From a virus (taxonomy: Duplodnaviria; Caudoviricetes), in the IMG/VR virus record IMGVR_UViG_3300031998_000008, positions 1 to 64,000 of that record: a stretch of 64,000 nucleotides of DNA. One strand, 5' to 3'. Below, one piece after another: positions 27,525 through 38,155 of this stretch. The translations under genes were made by a program, and so were the position numbers. The notes beneath the pieces were generated by a model. It was not told the DNA's origin and made no database searches. It saw only the letters and a program-made list of their open reading frames with translations. Positions within the stretch are counted from its first letter, which is position 1; every line of letters begins with the position of its first letter.

Positions 27525-30500
27525 TTATATTACCAAAAATTGAGTATCTATTATATAATCGTTTAATGGCGAATTTTCAGGTATTTCTATTTCACAAGTA
27601 TCAAAATTTGCATGTATTTGTTGATGACAATCATTAGCATTTGAGAACCATTTGCTATATACATATTCTTGTCCATAAAAGAACAACGGATAACTAACAT
27701 CATAAGATATACCAGGAGCCATGTTATAAGTGTTGCATTGGAAACATACATGTTGCCCATAATCACCTTCTCCGCACAAATATACATTCAACCCCTCTTG
27801 TTGTGAATAACTTGGGAAATTATCACTTGATATTCTCAATGTGTACCCATATGGCTCATAGTCACGTTTTAAATCTTCAAATTCATTTTGAGTAAGATAC
27901 CTACTTTGTTCAAACTTCAAATGTAAATGTGGAGAATTAACAATACCTTTTTGTATTATTTTTATAACTTTTGTATCACGAATTCCACCATAATAAGATT
28001 CAACAATTAAATTGCATGTCCTATCATATGCCAAATTGTTCTCAGTTACATTTATTTGAAGATTAATAGGTACTCCAACATACCCAATTTCATCACCAAT
28101 ATCACCATAACTAGGTGTTCCATTGTTATTTATAATATAATAGCACCACCCACCATTATTTTCAACATGTATTCTAACTGTGCATGGACTTGTTACTGTT
28201 ATAAATGCATTCATTAAATGTGAACCTTTCCCAAAATTATATTCAATGTTACCACTATAGTAATTATAATTTGCTGGTTCAATTGTTATTGTGTAATCTC
28301 CTGCATCTCCATAGAACAAATGTCTAAATGGGTTTGGATATACTTTATAAACATATGACAAACTTTCATTATCCTCATCACTCATTATTGTTTTAACCCC
28401 AATACCAAAGAATTTTAAGTCATAAAAACTATCAATAGGAAGTCTATCAACGTTCTCTATAGGATAAAGTTTTCTTTTAGTCATCATTCTTTGAATAAAA
28501 CTCTTGAAATTAGGGCCATAGTAATTTGTACCATAAGCGACAATTGGATGCTGATTATCACCATTTAAAACTTGGTAATTCAATACAGGCCTAAATGGAA
28601 ATACAATACTATAATAGTCTTCGTTTCCTGAGCCGGATTCATTATCATAAACATCAAATTCAACGCCACCATTTATTTGCCCCAATATTACATTTATACC
28701 ATGTGGATGTGATATATCACCGAATTCAACGCCGCCTTCAGACGGGTCTTTTATTGAAACAAGTTTATTATCAAAAACTATATTATTTCCATACACGTCT
28801 TTGTATTCATAATAAAGTATAAATCTTCCATTGTCATTAGGAACTAAAGTTATTTTAACAAATACATTTGTGTACCAAATCGAATCATGTATTGAAACAT
28901 CTTCGATAAATCTACATAAAACAACATAAGTAATATTATTGTTAGTTGTATCATCATTTGTATTATATGCATATTTCTTATCAGTATAATCATCAGGAAT
29001 AATAAGAAAATCAATAGGGTCTTTACTTCCATAACACCCTAAATAATATGTAATACCAGAATCAGAACCGCCATCACCATAAACATCAAAAATTTTATTT
29101 TCATCAGAATCATACCTATAATACAAATTGTTATAAAAACTATATGTTTCATTTACACGTATTGTTTTTGCTAATCCTGAAACCAAAGCCATTGGGTATC
29201 CTTCCTTAACGCCAAAATATACATTGTTGTATAAAATAGTACCATTTGTACACTCAGGGACACTTTCATAATGACTACAATCGTGAATGCGGTCAATATT
29301 ATTTGATAGTGTTATATTGTACGTATCAGAACTTAAAACATGTAAATCACAATCTCTTGAATACACTTGTATCGAATCAAAATCTTTATCATATGTAATT
29401 CCATTGTGTATTTTAAGCAATTCATTATTAAGCATATTTCTGTTAATAACGGAATATACAGGCGTATCATAATTCTCATTTATATTAACATCAAAATCGC
29501 CATAAATTCTAACACTAAAATCACCAAAGAACGGTCTCTTCATAACAGGATAGATAAATGTTGGATAAATAACGCCATAATTTGCGAACCCATCAAAATC
29601 AATTCTGTTTTTTAAATCATCAAGGCCATTATATGTCAAGAATAATAAATTACCATATGGTAATGGCTTAAATATACAACCATATCCTTCATGAAAATAA
29701 TTTGTAATTAATATAACACCATTTGCCCTGTTGTAAGTGCCACGATATTCACCACAAACATCAGTATCTTTATAAGCCTGTGCGCAATATTGATGTGTAC
29801 AATTTGTTTCAACACCAGTTCTTAGGTTTTCATTATTTACGATATTGCAATAATCAGCACCATATGTTGTCTTTAATGTTCTTGTATCATCCAAATACAT
29901 ACCACTTGGTATTTCTAAATAATCTTCTGAACAATACATTCTATCATCATTACCAACAACAATCATTCCTGAATTACTTGGTTGCTGCGCTGGCCCCCAT
30001 AGTACCTTTCTGCTACCACCAGTTGGATATACATGACTATCAAAGGAATTTAAATTACTTTCCTTAAAGAACATTACCCTGTAGAACCATTTATTTTCAT
30101 CATCCACGTGATTTTCAGCACCAATATCTTCATTGTTTCTGTCAAACCAAAAATCTTCTGACATATGTTGCATGTGGTCATTATAGTATTCATCTTCATC
30201 ATATCTTAAACATGATTTGTTATAAACAATAGAGCCACTACTATATCCAATCCTAAGGTCTATATCACTATTGTCTTTAAATGTTACCGTTTCAATTTTA
30301 AATGAATTCATTTCTCCACCTTTGCATCTCCACATAACATATAAATCATAGTCTGTATTTATATCTTCACCATATGCTAAATGCCCAAGGTCATCAATAT
30401 ATTCATAACTTCCAACAGGTTCATCACCCAAATATAGCATGAATTGATATTCAATACTTTCTTCTGTTTCATACAAACAAGAGAAATTTTCAATTAAAGC

Positions 30501-33500
30501 AAAGCCACCATTATATATTGAATTATTTCCAACTATTGGAGATTCTATTGGCTTAGTAAAGTTTACTGTTGTTAAATCATATCTAAATAAATCATTACCA
30601 ATGCTAATAAACTCACTTAATTCAATGTCATCATCATCCATCACAGTTACCTTGTATCTACCAAATGGAAAGTTATATGGGTTCCCATTTTCATCAGGAT
30701 AAAAGAAAGATTCCATATTCAATATAGGAATTTCATTTTCATCTGATTGAACATCAATTCTCATAAAAAGGCCATTTGTTACACCTTCAACTTGAACATA
30801 TTGATATGGTGTTGATAATCCTTCCGTTATAATGTGCAAATTTCCAGTTGCCTCACAGAAATTAATTTCACTTGCCAATATAAGTCTTGGTATGTTTTTA
30901 AATTTAATTTCATCACATTCTGCATAGAATTGTTTATTAAACTCATCAAGAGCAGTAGCACCTTGTTTAAGACCAAAATAGAAATAATAACTATTTTCAT
31001 ATTGAGGTAAATAATATTTTGTTACATTTTTATCTGTTTCTGAAATTAAGAATTTCTTTTTAACATCATTAAATGTAAAATTGCCATATTCAAGTCCAAA
31101 CCTATAAGTGTAATAATCAAGACTTGTTAGTTCTCTTGTCCTTGTTTGCGTATTTCCGGTTTCTTCTTGGTCGTTTTCAGGATTCAGAATACTTTTAAGA
31201 ATACCGAATACACTTAAATCTTCATCAACAACAGGTATGTTTTCGTTATACGGCCATTTATTACGGATAATAGAAGGTGTATAAGAATGGTGTAAATAAT
31301 CACCAAAAATAACATCACTAAATGACCCGTCAAAATTTATTGGTTGAACAAACTCAAAATCATAGAACTTATAACCTGTTTTCAAATTTCTTTTAGTTGC
31401 TATAAGTTTCTTTTTATTAAGAGTTGCAAACATAGCCCTAAAGTCATTATCTGATATTTCATCGCCAGAAATAAATCCACTTGGAACTGTATATGTATAT
31501 TTAAGACCATTTTCATCAACAGACCTAACTTCTTCATGCCTTTGTGACATATTTGTACCAATTTCACATATTCTTGAAAGATTCAAACAAGACTTTAAGT
31601 TTGTTTGTGAATTAACACAAGTAAGGCCAAGAAAATGTCCACCAGGATAATACATTCTTTCTTTAACTACTTGTCCCTGTCCCGGACCAGTCCAATCCCA
31701 TGATATACCGGCGGCTTCAGTTAAAGCAATTGTATCGTTTTCAGTCATACTGCCATCACCAAAGAATGAATTATCTCTAATATCATAATTTCCTGAGTTT
31801 TGATAATATTCAATTTCTTGTCTTAATGGCCCATTTTTGCCATTAGTTATGTCAATTTCTTGTATTCCGTGGTTCATTGTATCACCACTGTGATTAACAT
31901 CAACACCTTGGTTTGTACTACTACCAACACAAATAGTTTTTTCATCTGTTGCATATAACGGGCCGTTTGTATCCATATTTGTAAATGCAAGATTTGTCGG
32001 CATTATATATGTTGTACTTGTTAAATGTGTAAATGTTTTTGGAATACCATTTAAGTCACAATCATTGAATGTTCCAAGCAATATTATATCAGTCGCATAA
32101 AGATTAGTTTTTCTATTTAAAGTATCTGATTCTTTACTAAATTCGCATGGTTTTAAATAGTAAACTTTTTGCCCCTTTAGAGTTGTTCCTTCATGACATA
32201 TTCCACCATTTACCTTACCAAAAACAGGAGAAATTTTAAATCCTGATTTTTTATGAAAATTATTACCTTTTACGATTTTTGTAGTTAAAATACTAGCATT
32301 TGATGCACTACTTGTTGCAGACATAGTATTAATAGGACTATCAACTTTAGATATTATTCTATATCCGTTTACCGTGTCTTCTCTATATCCTATAGCACAT
32401 TGTTGAACGTATTTTCTACTGTTACGAAAAATTTTAGTATCATCCATACATCCTTTTATCTTTTCCTTTGCCCAAGTAATCCACAAAAATCTTACTTTTT
32501 TCTTCATGAATCTAACCCATCTTGGATTGTATATAACACCATTAATCCAATCGTTATAAAAATCAAAATTAATAACATTATATTCCATTGCAAGATTCAT
32601 TTCAATACAAGGTAATAGATAATCTGTTTTTGTTGTTAAACAATGTGTTTCATCTGTTGGGTCTGCATTTTGGTCATCTATTGAATGTGAATCATCAGCA
32701 TCTATTCCATCTTTAGGATTTCCATTCTCATCTTTCTCATATTCATTACCGTTTTCATCCTCATTAAGAACATAATATATTGTTTGTTTCATTATATTGT
32801 AAGTATAACCAGTTGGTACATTACCAGTGTCATCAGGTGTTTCTCCTGGCGGCGTATCACCTTCAGAGCCCTCATTTCCATCACAATTTATTTGAGATTG
32901 GCATTCTACTTTAACACTCTTTAATAACGTGTTAACTACTTCAAAATCAGGCATTGGCGCAAAAAACCAATTTTCTAAATCTGGGCATAAGCCATCTTTT
33001 AAAACGACAAGTTTAAGTTTTTTAATAAAATCAACTAAACTAGGAAACAAACATTTCCACCCAAATTTCCAATTCCAAGGCCACCAACTATCACAAAAAC
33101 TAAACCAATAATATCTAACAGTCGCAATTGATGCGATGATTCGTCCTAAAGCAGCAATTACAAAATTAATTATTTTAGTAACAAAAATAAAAGTTTTTAT
33201 TATGACACACATAATTGTAAACATAAGAGGCAACTTGATTCTTATGTTGTTATATGGCATTGGGCTATTAGGACCAAATTTATTACAATGCTTAATTCCT
33301 GAGAATTTTTCTTTTCTCCAATTGTTGTTCTTTTGAATTCTTGGAATATATGATTTTACAGAATATACATTGTTCCAATATAAATCTCTGAATGATTCAT
33401 CTTTTGTATATGAACCAAACTCATAGTCGTAGTTTTCTTTATAATCTTTTGGGTTGTGAGGAACCAAAACCTTTGCCCTAAAGAAGTTGTCAGGATTATC

Positions 33501-34604
33501 TTCAGAATCTTCCATTGATATTCTGAATCTAACAGAGGCTCTTGTTGGAATACCTTTATCTGGATTGTCAGTTGGAACCATATTTCCATATTCATCAGTA
33601 ACCATATAATCAAGATTCATTGGTATTTGATAGCACCAAACACCATTTGCATTGATAAGTTTGTTACCTTTAATTTGAAATTCTTCAACAGAGCCACCAG
33701 GAGTTTTTCTAATCATTTCTATTTTACCTTCTCCTGTTACAAGTTCATCCATATATCCCATTGCATCTGTTGGAACACATTTCTTTGAGAACCCGTTAGA
33801 GTTGTTATCACTAACGATTGAACCCATGAATACACATGTTGGTTCAAATTTGAAATTAACATCTATATCACATCTTGTAAGGCCAATAGTTTCACCAAGG
33901 TCACTATTACCCCAAAATGGATTTACGTTTACAACTTGGTCCTGTGAGAATATCTGACTAAGGTTGTTATAGTCAGTACCACCTTTAAACTTTGTAGGTG
34001 TTTCAAATTGTTCAATTGTATATCCTTTATAAACGAAATCTCTTGGCTTTTGTGATAATATTCCACAATCAGATAAATCCAAATCCATGTGAATTGTATG
34101 AGCACCAGTTGGTACGCCACAAATCATATAGTCACCTGCATTGTTTGTTTTTGTTGTGTATGTATAATAATGGTCAAAAACTTCCAAAATTACATCATTA
34201 TCAAGAGCATATCTTTTAGTTGGGAATGTACCAACAACTTGGTGACACCCATCAACACGCTCATTAGGTAAAAGATTATATCTAACGCCATTTTTATCTT
34301 TTCCAATGCTTGAATTAAATGGATAGATACTTCCAACATCAGTTCCGTTTGCCAAGTCTGCTTCTATGAATATGCTAACCTTTGCATTAGGAATACCAAA
34401 TCCATTATTTGCAATGACACGCCCAACCACAACGCCATAATTTGAGTTGTGCAATTGGTATGCATCTTTACTCTTGATATTAACTGAAAGGACTTCAAAT
34501 GTATCGTAATCCTGAATCAAGTCAGCATTTACTGTAATGTATTCTTGTTTGTTCTCACTACCTACATTGGTCCTTATTCTATATGATTTATTTGCTTCTG
34601 ACAT
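27525..34604 (-). CDS. Giant tail/baseplate protein: N-terminal carboxypeptidase-regulatory-like beta sandwich, internal hydrophobic segment, C-terminal BACON-like domain
   Basis: VVGRVIANNGFGIPNAKVSI and TKTNNAGDYMICGVPTG; long hydrophobic stretch; GW...INVTEN..DRTCNL..IIQKG. Confidence 0.6.
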   Translation of the reverse strand: MSEANKSYRIRTNVGSENKQEYITVNADLIQDYDTFEVLSVNIKSKDAYQLHNSNYGVVVGRVIANNGFGIPNAKVSIFIEADLANGTDVGSIYPFNSSIGKDKNGVRYNLLPNERVDGCHQVVGTFPTKRYALDNDVILEVFDHYYTYTTKTNNAGDYMICGVPTGAHTIHMDLDLSDCGILSQKPRDFVYKGYTIEQFETPTKFKGGTDYNNLSQIFSQDQVVNVNPFWGNSDLGETIGLTRCDIDVNFKFEPTCVFMGSIVSDNNSNGFSKKCVPTDAMGYMDELVTGEGKIEMIRKTPGGSVEEFQIKGNKLINANGVWCYQIPMNLDYMVTDEYGNMVPTDNPDKGIPTRASVRFRISMEDSEDNPDNFFRAKVLVPHNPKDYKENYDYEFGSYTKDESFRDLYWNNVYSVKSYIPRIQKNNNWRKEKFSGIKHCNKFGPNSPMPYNNIRIKLPLMFTIMCVIIKTFIFVTKIINFVIAALGRIIASIATVRYYWFSFCDSWWPWNWKFGWKCLFPSLVDFIKKLKLVVLKDGLCPDLENWFFAPMPDFEVVNTLLKSVKVECQSQINCDGNEGSEGDTPPGETPDDTGNVPTGYTYNIMKQTIYYVLNEDENGNEYEKDENGNPKDGIDADDSHSIDDQNADPTDETHCLTTKTDYLLPCIEMNLAMEYNVINFDFYNDWINGVIYNPRWVRFMKKKVRFLWITWAKEKIKGCMDDTKIFRNSRKYVQQCAIGYREDTVNGYRIISKVDSPINTMSATSSASNASILTTKIVKGNNFHKKSGFKISPVFGKVNGGICHEGTTLKGQKVYYLKPCEFSKESDTLNRKTNLYATDIILLGTFNDCDLNGIPKTFTHLTSTTYIMPTNLAFTNMDTNGPLYATDEKTICVGSSTNQGVDVNHSGDTMNHGIQEIDITNGKNGPLRQEIEYYQNSGNYDIRDNSFFGDGSMTENDTIALTEAAGISWDWTGPGQGQVVKERMYYPGGHFLGLTCVNSQTNLKSCLNLSRICEIGTNMSQRHEEVRSVDENGLKYTYTVPSGFISGDEISDNDFRAMFATLNKKKLIATKRNLKTGYKFYDFEFVQPINFDGSFSDVIFGDYLHHSYTPSIIRNKWPYNENIPVVDEDLSVFGILKSILNPENDQEETGNTQTRTRELTSLDYYTYRFGLEYGNFTFNDVKKKFLISETDKNVTKYYLPQYENSYYFYFGLKQGATALDEFNKQFYAECDEIKFKNIPRLILASEINFCEATGNLHIITEGLSTPYQYVQVEGVTNGLFMRIDVQSDENEIPILNMESFFYPDENGNPYNFPFGRYKVTVMDDDDIELSEFISIGNDLFRYDLTTVNFTKPIESPIVGNNSIYNGGFALIENFSCLYETEESIEYQFMLYLGDEPVGSYEYIDDLGHLAYGEDINTDYDLYVMWRCKGGEMNSFKIETVTFKDNSDIDLRIGYSSGSIVYNKSCLRYDEDEYYNDHMQHMSEDFWFDRNNEDIGAENHVDDENKWFYRVMFFKESNLNSFDSHVYPTGGSRKVLWGPAQQPSNSGMIVVGNDDRMYCSEDYLEIPSGMYLDDTRTLKTTYGADYCNIVNNENLRTGVETNCTHQYCAQAYKDTDVCGEYRGTYNRANGVILITNYFHEGYGCIFKPLPYGNLLFLTYNGLDDLKNRIDFDGFANYGVIYPTFIYPVMKRPFFGDFSVRIYGDFDVNINENYDTPVYSVINRNMLNNELLKIHNGITYDKDFDSIQVYSRDCDLHVLSSDTYNITLSNNIDRIHDCSHYESVPECTNGTILYNNVYFGVKEGYPMALVSGLAKTIRVNETYSFYNNLYYRYDSDENKIFDVYGDGGSDSGITYYLGCYGSKDPIDFLIIPDDYTDKKYAYNTNDDTTNNNITYVVLCRFIEDVSIHDSIWYTNVFVKITLVPNDNGRFILYYEYKDVYGNNIVFDNKLVSIKDPSEGGVEFGDISHPHGINVILGQINGGVEFDVYDNESGSGNEDYYSIVFPFRPVLNYQVLNGDNQHPIVAYGTNYYGPNFKSFIQRMMTKRKLYPIENVDRLPIDSFYDLKFFGIGVKTIMSDEDNESLSYVYKVYPNPFRHLFYGDAGDYTITIEPANYNYYSGNIEYNFGKGSHLMNAFITVTSPCTVRIHVENNGGWCYYIINNNGTPSYGDIGDEIGYVGVPINLQINVTENNLAYDRTCNLIVESYYGGIRDTKVIKIIQKGIVNSPHLHLKFEQSRYLTQNEFEDLKRDYEPYGYTLRISSDNFPSYSQQEGLNVYLCGEGDYGQHVCFQCNTYNMAPGISYDVSYPLFFYGQEYVYSKWFSNANDCHQQIHANFDTCEIEIPENSPLNDYIIDTQFLVI

Positions 34605-34607
34605 ATT

Positions 34608-34847
34608 TTATTGTGCTATTTTGAAAGTTTTCTTTATGTTAATTGGTTTCTTTGAAAACAAGTGTTTTATGATTAAAAATGCCCCAAAAATAGGAACTAT
34701 CGGTATCATAAGGATAATGAGTAATAAATTCTTTATGCCGCCAAAGAAAGTTTCACGAATATGAGTTGCCTTACTTTTAGGCTGATTATCTCCGTATTTT
34801 CTTTGAAGATAAGATATTTGTTGATTAGTTTTACATCCACATCCCAT
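34608..34847 (-). CDS. Small membrane protein (MGCGCK N-terminus)
   Basis: One strong TM helix; late-type motif just upstream. Confidence 0.7.
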   Translation of the reverse strand: MGCGCKTNQQISYLQRKYGDNQPKSKATHIRETFFGGIKNLLLIILMIPIVPIFGAFLIIKHLFSKKPINIKKTFKIAQ

Positions 34848-34866
34848 TTGTCTAATATTGTCTTTA

Positions 34867-34875
34867 ATAAATAGT
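34867..34875 (-). promoter_or_regulatory. ACTATTTAT putative late-promoter motif
   Basis: About 20 nt upstream of ATG 34847, heading the 20-kb structural operon. Confidence 0.6.
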
Positions 34876-34920
34876 TATTCTTACTTTTTATAATATAAAA
34901 AAAGTGGCATAAATATAAAC

Positions 34921-34948
34921 AAAAAAGAGCGGTAAAACTGCCGCTCTT
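34921..34948 (-). terminator. Intrinsic terminator after baseplate wedge gene
   Basis: AAGAGCGG...CCGCTCTT stem with U-tract on minus strand. Confidence 0.7.
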
Positions 34949-34971
34949 CCTTTATCATATACGAGTTTATA

Positions 34972-36906
34972 TTACTTTTCTTTAATTCTAATCCTAATGT
35001 CTTTTTCAGGATATTTAACCTCAAACATACTATCACCGTCACTGTAAAGGATTCCGTCAGTTGCTTCAAGGTCAATTAAATCAGCATTTCCATCACCAAG
35101 ATAAACATTTTCACCATCAAAAGCGTTTGATGCGATTGTTTCTTGACCTATAAGTGTTTGTGAATATCCTTCACCATGTTCATTATACACTCTGAAATTA
35201 ATTAAGTTTATAACGCCATCTGTCTTTGATATTTCCTTTTCGATGTCACCTGTATAGATTTCATCTCCCATGAATTTACTATTAACATCAAGGTAATTCT
35301 TTATGACGTTAATAATGTCTGATATGACAACTGTTTTTTCATAGTTTTTATCAATGATTACGTCAACATCAAATGAAAGGTTAATTATCTTTCCACTTTT
35401 AATTTCAACAAAATCATTAATCATTCTATATCCAGAAAGATAATTCATCATATTGTTTACAAGTGTTATAGGTATAAGGTCGTTTAATTTTCCTTCTCCG
35501 TCAATACCAAGAAGATAAATCATAATTTTATTGTTTTCTTCCATAACACCAACTCTAAATGGCGTTCCGTATTTAGGAGGAAGCCTTAATATTCTATCAA
35601 TATAATCCTTAACTGTTACACACCTGTTTTGAGCGCCTTGATTGTATTTTATCAAATATTTCAATTCACGTTCACTTGGCATATCTTTACCTGATACTGA
35701 AGGAGTTGTATTTTCAACTTTAAGTGTTTGATATATAGCATTTGCAATTTGAGCATCACCCCTAAATTCAGCATTTAAAGATGAAATTTTGTTGATAGCA
35801 CCTGCGGCAACATTACTTGATTTACCGCCTCCTATTCTATACAATATGAACAATGTTGTATCCGCATTAGGCAAAATTCCTAAGTTATTATTATTTAATA
35901 TCCTTGTTATTTGCCATTTTGAGAATGCAGCCATATCATTACCCACATTTGCATATTCAGTTCCATTACCTGAACCAAATATAATCTTCAAATAACCATT
36001 GTCCATATATTCAGTTATGAATTTTCTCCTTATAGGTTTCCACTCACCCTTTGTTATATAGAAAACTGGTTTGTTTTTACCTTCACTATAAGCGGTTCCA
36101 TCTGAACCATAAGTGTACATAACAGGCTTACCGTTATTTTCTTGGTCAAGCCATGCCCAATTTTGTGCAAGATTATCAACTTCATAATATCTATTGTAAG
36201 TTCCAGGACATCCACTTGAATAAAAATCGCCATATGGTGGTGGAGTTACCCTTGTATCAACGCCATTCCATTCCAATATTGATTCAATGTTCATAACACC
36301 TTCAAATGGCAATATAACTTCCATGAATGGATAAATGTCGCTTGCGTGAAGTACCTGTCTATAAACACGTGTTTCACCTGCCGTAACAACAGCAAGTTTT
36401 GAAACTGTATATCCTGTTATTATGCCATTTGTGTTTACCTTTGGAACTATTGTTCTGTTTGTGTTTCCATTTGAATCAAATTGTAATTTAAAATCAACGT
36501 CTTCAAGCAACTCAAATGATTGTGAAGTTGATGCAAATTTTGTACCTCTTTTTACAATTGGTGCTACTGACCATTCAGGTTTGTTAGAACCAACAGGTAA
36601 AACACAACTGATTTTTACCTCAGCCATTGAACCTTTTGGTCCTGGAATCTTAACACCATTATTTCTTGCTATTGCATATAAAGAGCCTTTTTCTTGTGCG
36701 CTGTCAATATTTGTTTCCTGATAAACCCTATCAATGTGATATGACAAATTGTCAGCAACATCAGCTGCCAAATCTATTTGCCATGCAGCAACTGAAGCAT
36801 CGTCATATGATATATTAAAATCAGGATAATATTTCTTAGAAAATTCAATTAAAGCATCCTTGTAATCTTCAAAAGTCCTGTTTAGATATGAAATACCCTT
36901 TTCCAT
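34972..36906 (-). CDS. Baseplate wedge subunit (T4 gp6/BppJ-like)
   Basis: YLNRTFEDYK..LSYHIDR..E..IDSAQE, IIFGSG, YRIGGG..SNV, AQNRCVTVKDY. Confidence 0.88.
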   Translation of the reverse strand: MEKGISYLNRTFEDYKDALIEFSKKYYPDFNISYDDASVAAWQIDLAADVADNLSYHIDRVYQETNIDSAQEKGSLYAIARNNGVKIPGPKGSMAEVKISCVLPVGSNKPEWSVAPIVKRGTKFASTSQSFELLEDVDFKLQFDSNGNTNRTIVPKVNTNGIITGYTVSKLAVVTAGETRVYRQVLHASDIYPFMEVILPFEGVMNIESILEWNGVDTRVTPPPYGDFYSSGCPGTYNRYYEVDNLAQNWAWLDQENNGKPVMYTYGSDGTAYSEGKNKPVFYITKGEWKPIRRKFITEYMDNGYLKIIFGSGNGTEYANVGNDMAAFSKWQITRILNNNNLGILPNADTTLFILYRIGGGKSSNVAAGAINKISSLNAEFRGDAQIANAIYQTLKVENTTPSVSGKDMPSERELKYLIKYNQGAQNRCVTVKDYIDRILRLPPKYGTPFRVGVMEENNKIMIYLLGIDGEGKLNDLIPITLVNNMMNYLSGYRMINDFVEIKSGKIINLSFDVDVIIDKNYEKTVVISDIINVIKNYLDVNSKFMGDEIYTGDIEKEISKTDGVINLINFRVYNEHGEGYSQTLIGQETIASNAFDGENVYLGDGNADLIDLEATDGILYSDGDSMFEVKYPEKDIRIRIKEK

Positions 36907-37295
36907 TATATCTTAACTCCTACTGTTGTTATTTCAGTCTTATTACCAACTTTAACGCCATATTCAACAGTCACGATTATGGCATTTTCGTCATTTTCAT
37001 CTTGGAAAATATTGAAATCTCTAAACTCAACTTCAGGTACATACCTTTTTATTGAACTTGAAATTTCATTTTTTATTTCCGAAATTGAATAATTGTCATT
37101 TGGGCTAAATATGTACTTTATCAAGTCAGTACCAAACTCAGGGTCTCTTAATTTTTGTCCCTTTGGGGTAAATATCACATGTAAAACTTTTGATTTGACG
37201 CATTCAGTCTCATTGTTATTTACATCAAGATAAATGCCATCTTCATTGTTTGAAGAAAACGGATATTTTATTCCATATTTTTGATGTTTAGCCAT
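36906..37295 (-). CDS. Baseplate protein gp25/GPW-like
   Basis: GIKYPF, TPKGQKLRDPEFGTDL..IFSPND, IKRYVPEV. Confidence 0.9.
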   Translation of the reverse strand: MAKHQKYGIKYPFSSNNEDGIYLDVNNNETECVKSKVLHVIFTPKGQKLRDPEFGTDLIKYIFSPNDNYSISEIKNEISSSIKRYVPEVEFRDFNIFQDENDENAIIVTVEYGVKVGNKTEITTVGVKI

Positions 37296-37314
37296 TAAAT
37301 TATGTTTTTCTTAA

Positions 37315-37323
37315 ATAAATAGT
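37315..37323 (-). promoter_or_regulatory. ACTATTTAT putative late-promoter motif
   Basis: About 20 nt upstream of gp25 ATG. Confidence 0.6.
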
Positions 37324-37327
37324 TAAA

Positions 37328-38146
37328 TTAATGTTTTATAAGTTCAATTTTATAAACACCATTATTTAATTCTATAACCGTTGGTTTCCTTACAATTTTA
37401 TTGAAATCAACAGCAACTTTTAGTCTGTCAACATAATGCCAAATTAACTTCATTGCACTTATCATAACATCATTGTCAGACCTTTCAATATCCCTTATTT
37501 TTGTGTTCACATAGAAATATTGATTAGCGTCATTAAAATTAAAATCTTCAATATAATCAATTGAGTTTAATTCAATAAATTGATTTATAACTTCAAGGCC
37601 ACGAGAATTCCTATGTTTCAATAAACACAATGTAATGACTTCATCATTTGGGTATTTTCTTTCCATGAAATCATTAGCGGATTCAATTATTTCATCAACA
37701 AGTGATTTATGGACCAATATAAAGTCACCACGAAAGAATGGAACATGTGTAACAGGAAATATAAGTTTGCCACCATATACTTTATCATTATCAATAAACT
37801 CGCTATTTACAAACAAATCAACTAAGTCAATGTTTATAACAGTTGCTGTGTTTGTGAACAATATATAATCATAATCAACATTTTGCTCATTAAGAAGTAT
37901 AAGACTTTTTAGTGTTTTTTCACCTGTATCATAATATCCATCTTTACTTTTTGTGAAGATGATATGGTTATCATTGTCTATATAATCTTTCTCTGATGAA
38001 TGCATGAATAATATATTAAAATTATCCTTTTCACCATTAAAGATTCTTTTTCCCCAAGTCTCTTTTATGATATTTTCCTCTTCTATATATTGTTCAATAT
38101 CACATGACAATGACAATATCAAAACTTTTTTCTTATCTGTTCCCAT
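37328..38146 (-). CDS. Putative GT-A glycosyltransferase (galactosyltransferase/GT31-like)
   Basis: IKETWG, DGYYDTGEKT, YDYILFTN, PNDEVI pattern. Confidence 0.55.
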   Translation of the reverse strand: MGTDKKKVLILSLSCDIEQYIEEENIIKETWGKRIFNGEKDNFNILFMHSSEKDYIDNDNHIIFTKSKDGYYDTGEKTLKSLILLNEQNVDYDYILFTNTATVINIDLVDLFVNSEFIDNDKVYGGKLIFPVTHVPFFRGDFILVHKSLVDEIIESANDFMERKYPNDEVITLCLLKHRNSRGLEVINQFIELNSIDYIEDFNFNDANQYFYVNTKIRDIERSDNDVMISAMKLIWHYVDRLKVAVDFNKIVRKPTVIELNNGVYKIELIKH

Positions 38147-38155
38147 AAATTAGAA

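Noticed and set aside
34881-35075. 64-aa minus-strand ORF
   Set aside because: Out-of-frame overlap with the baseplate wedge 3' end and runs through its terminator
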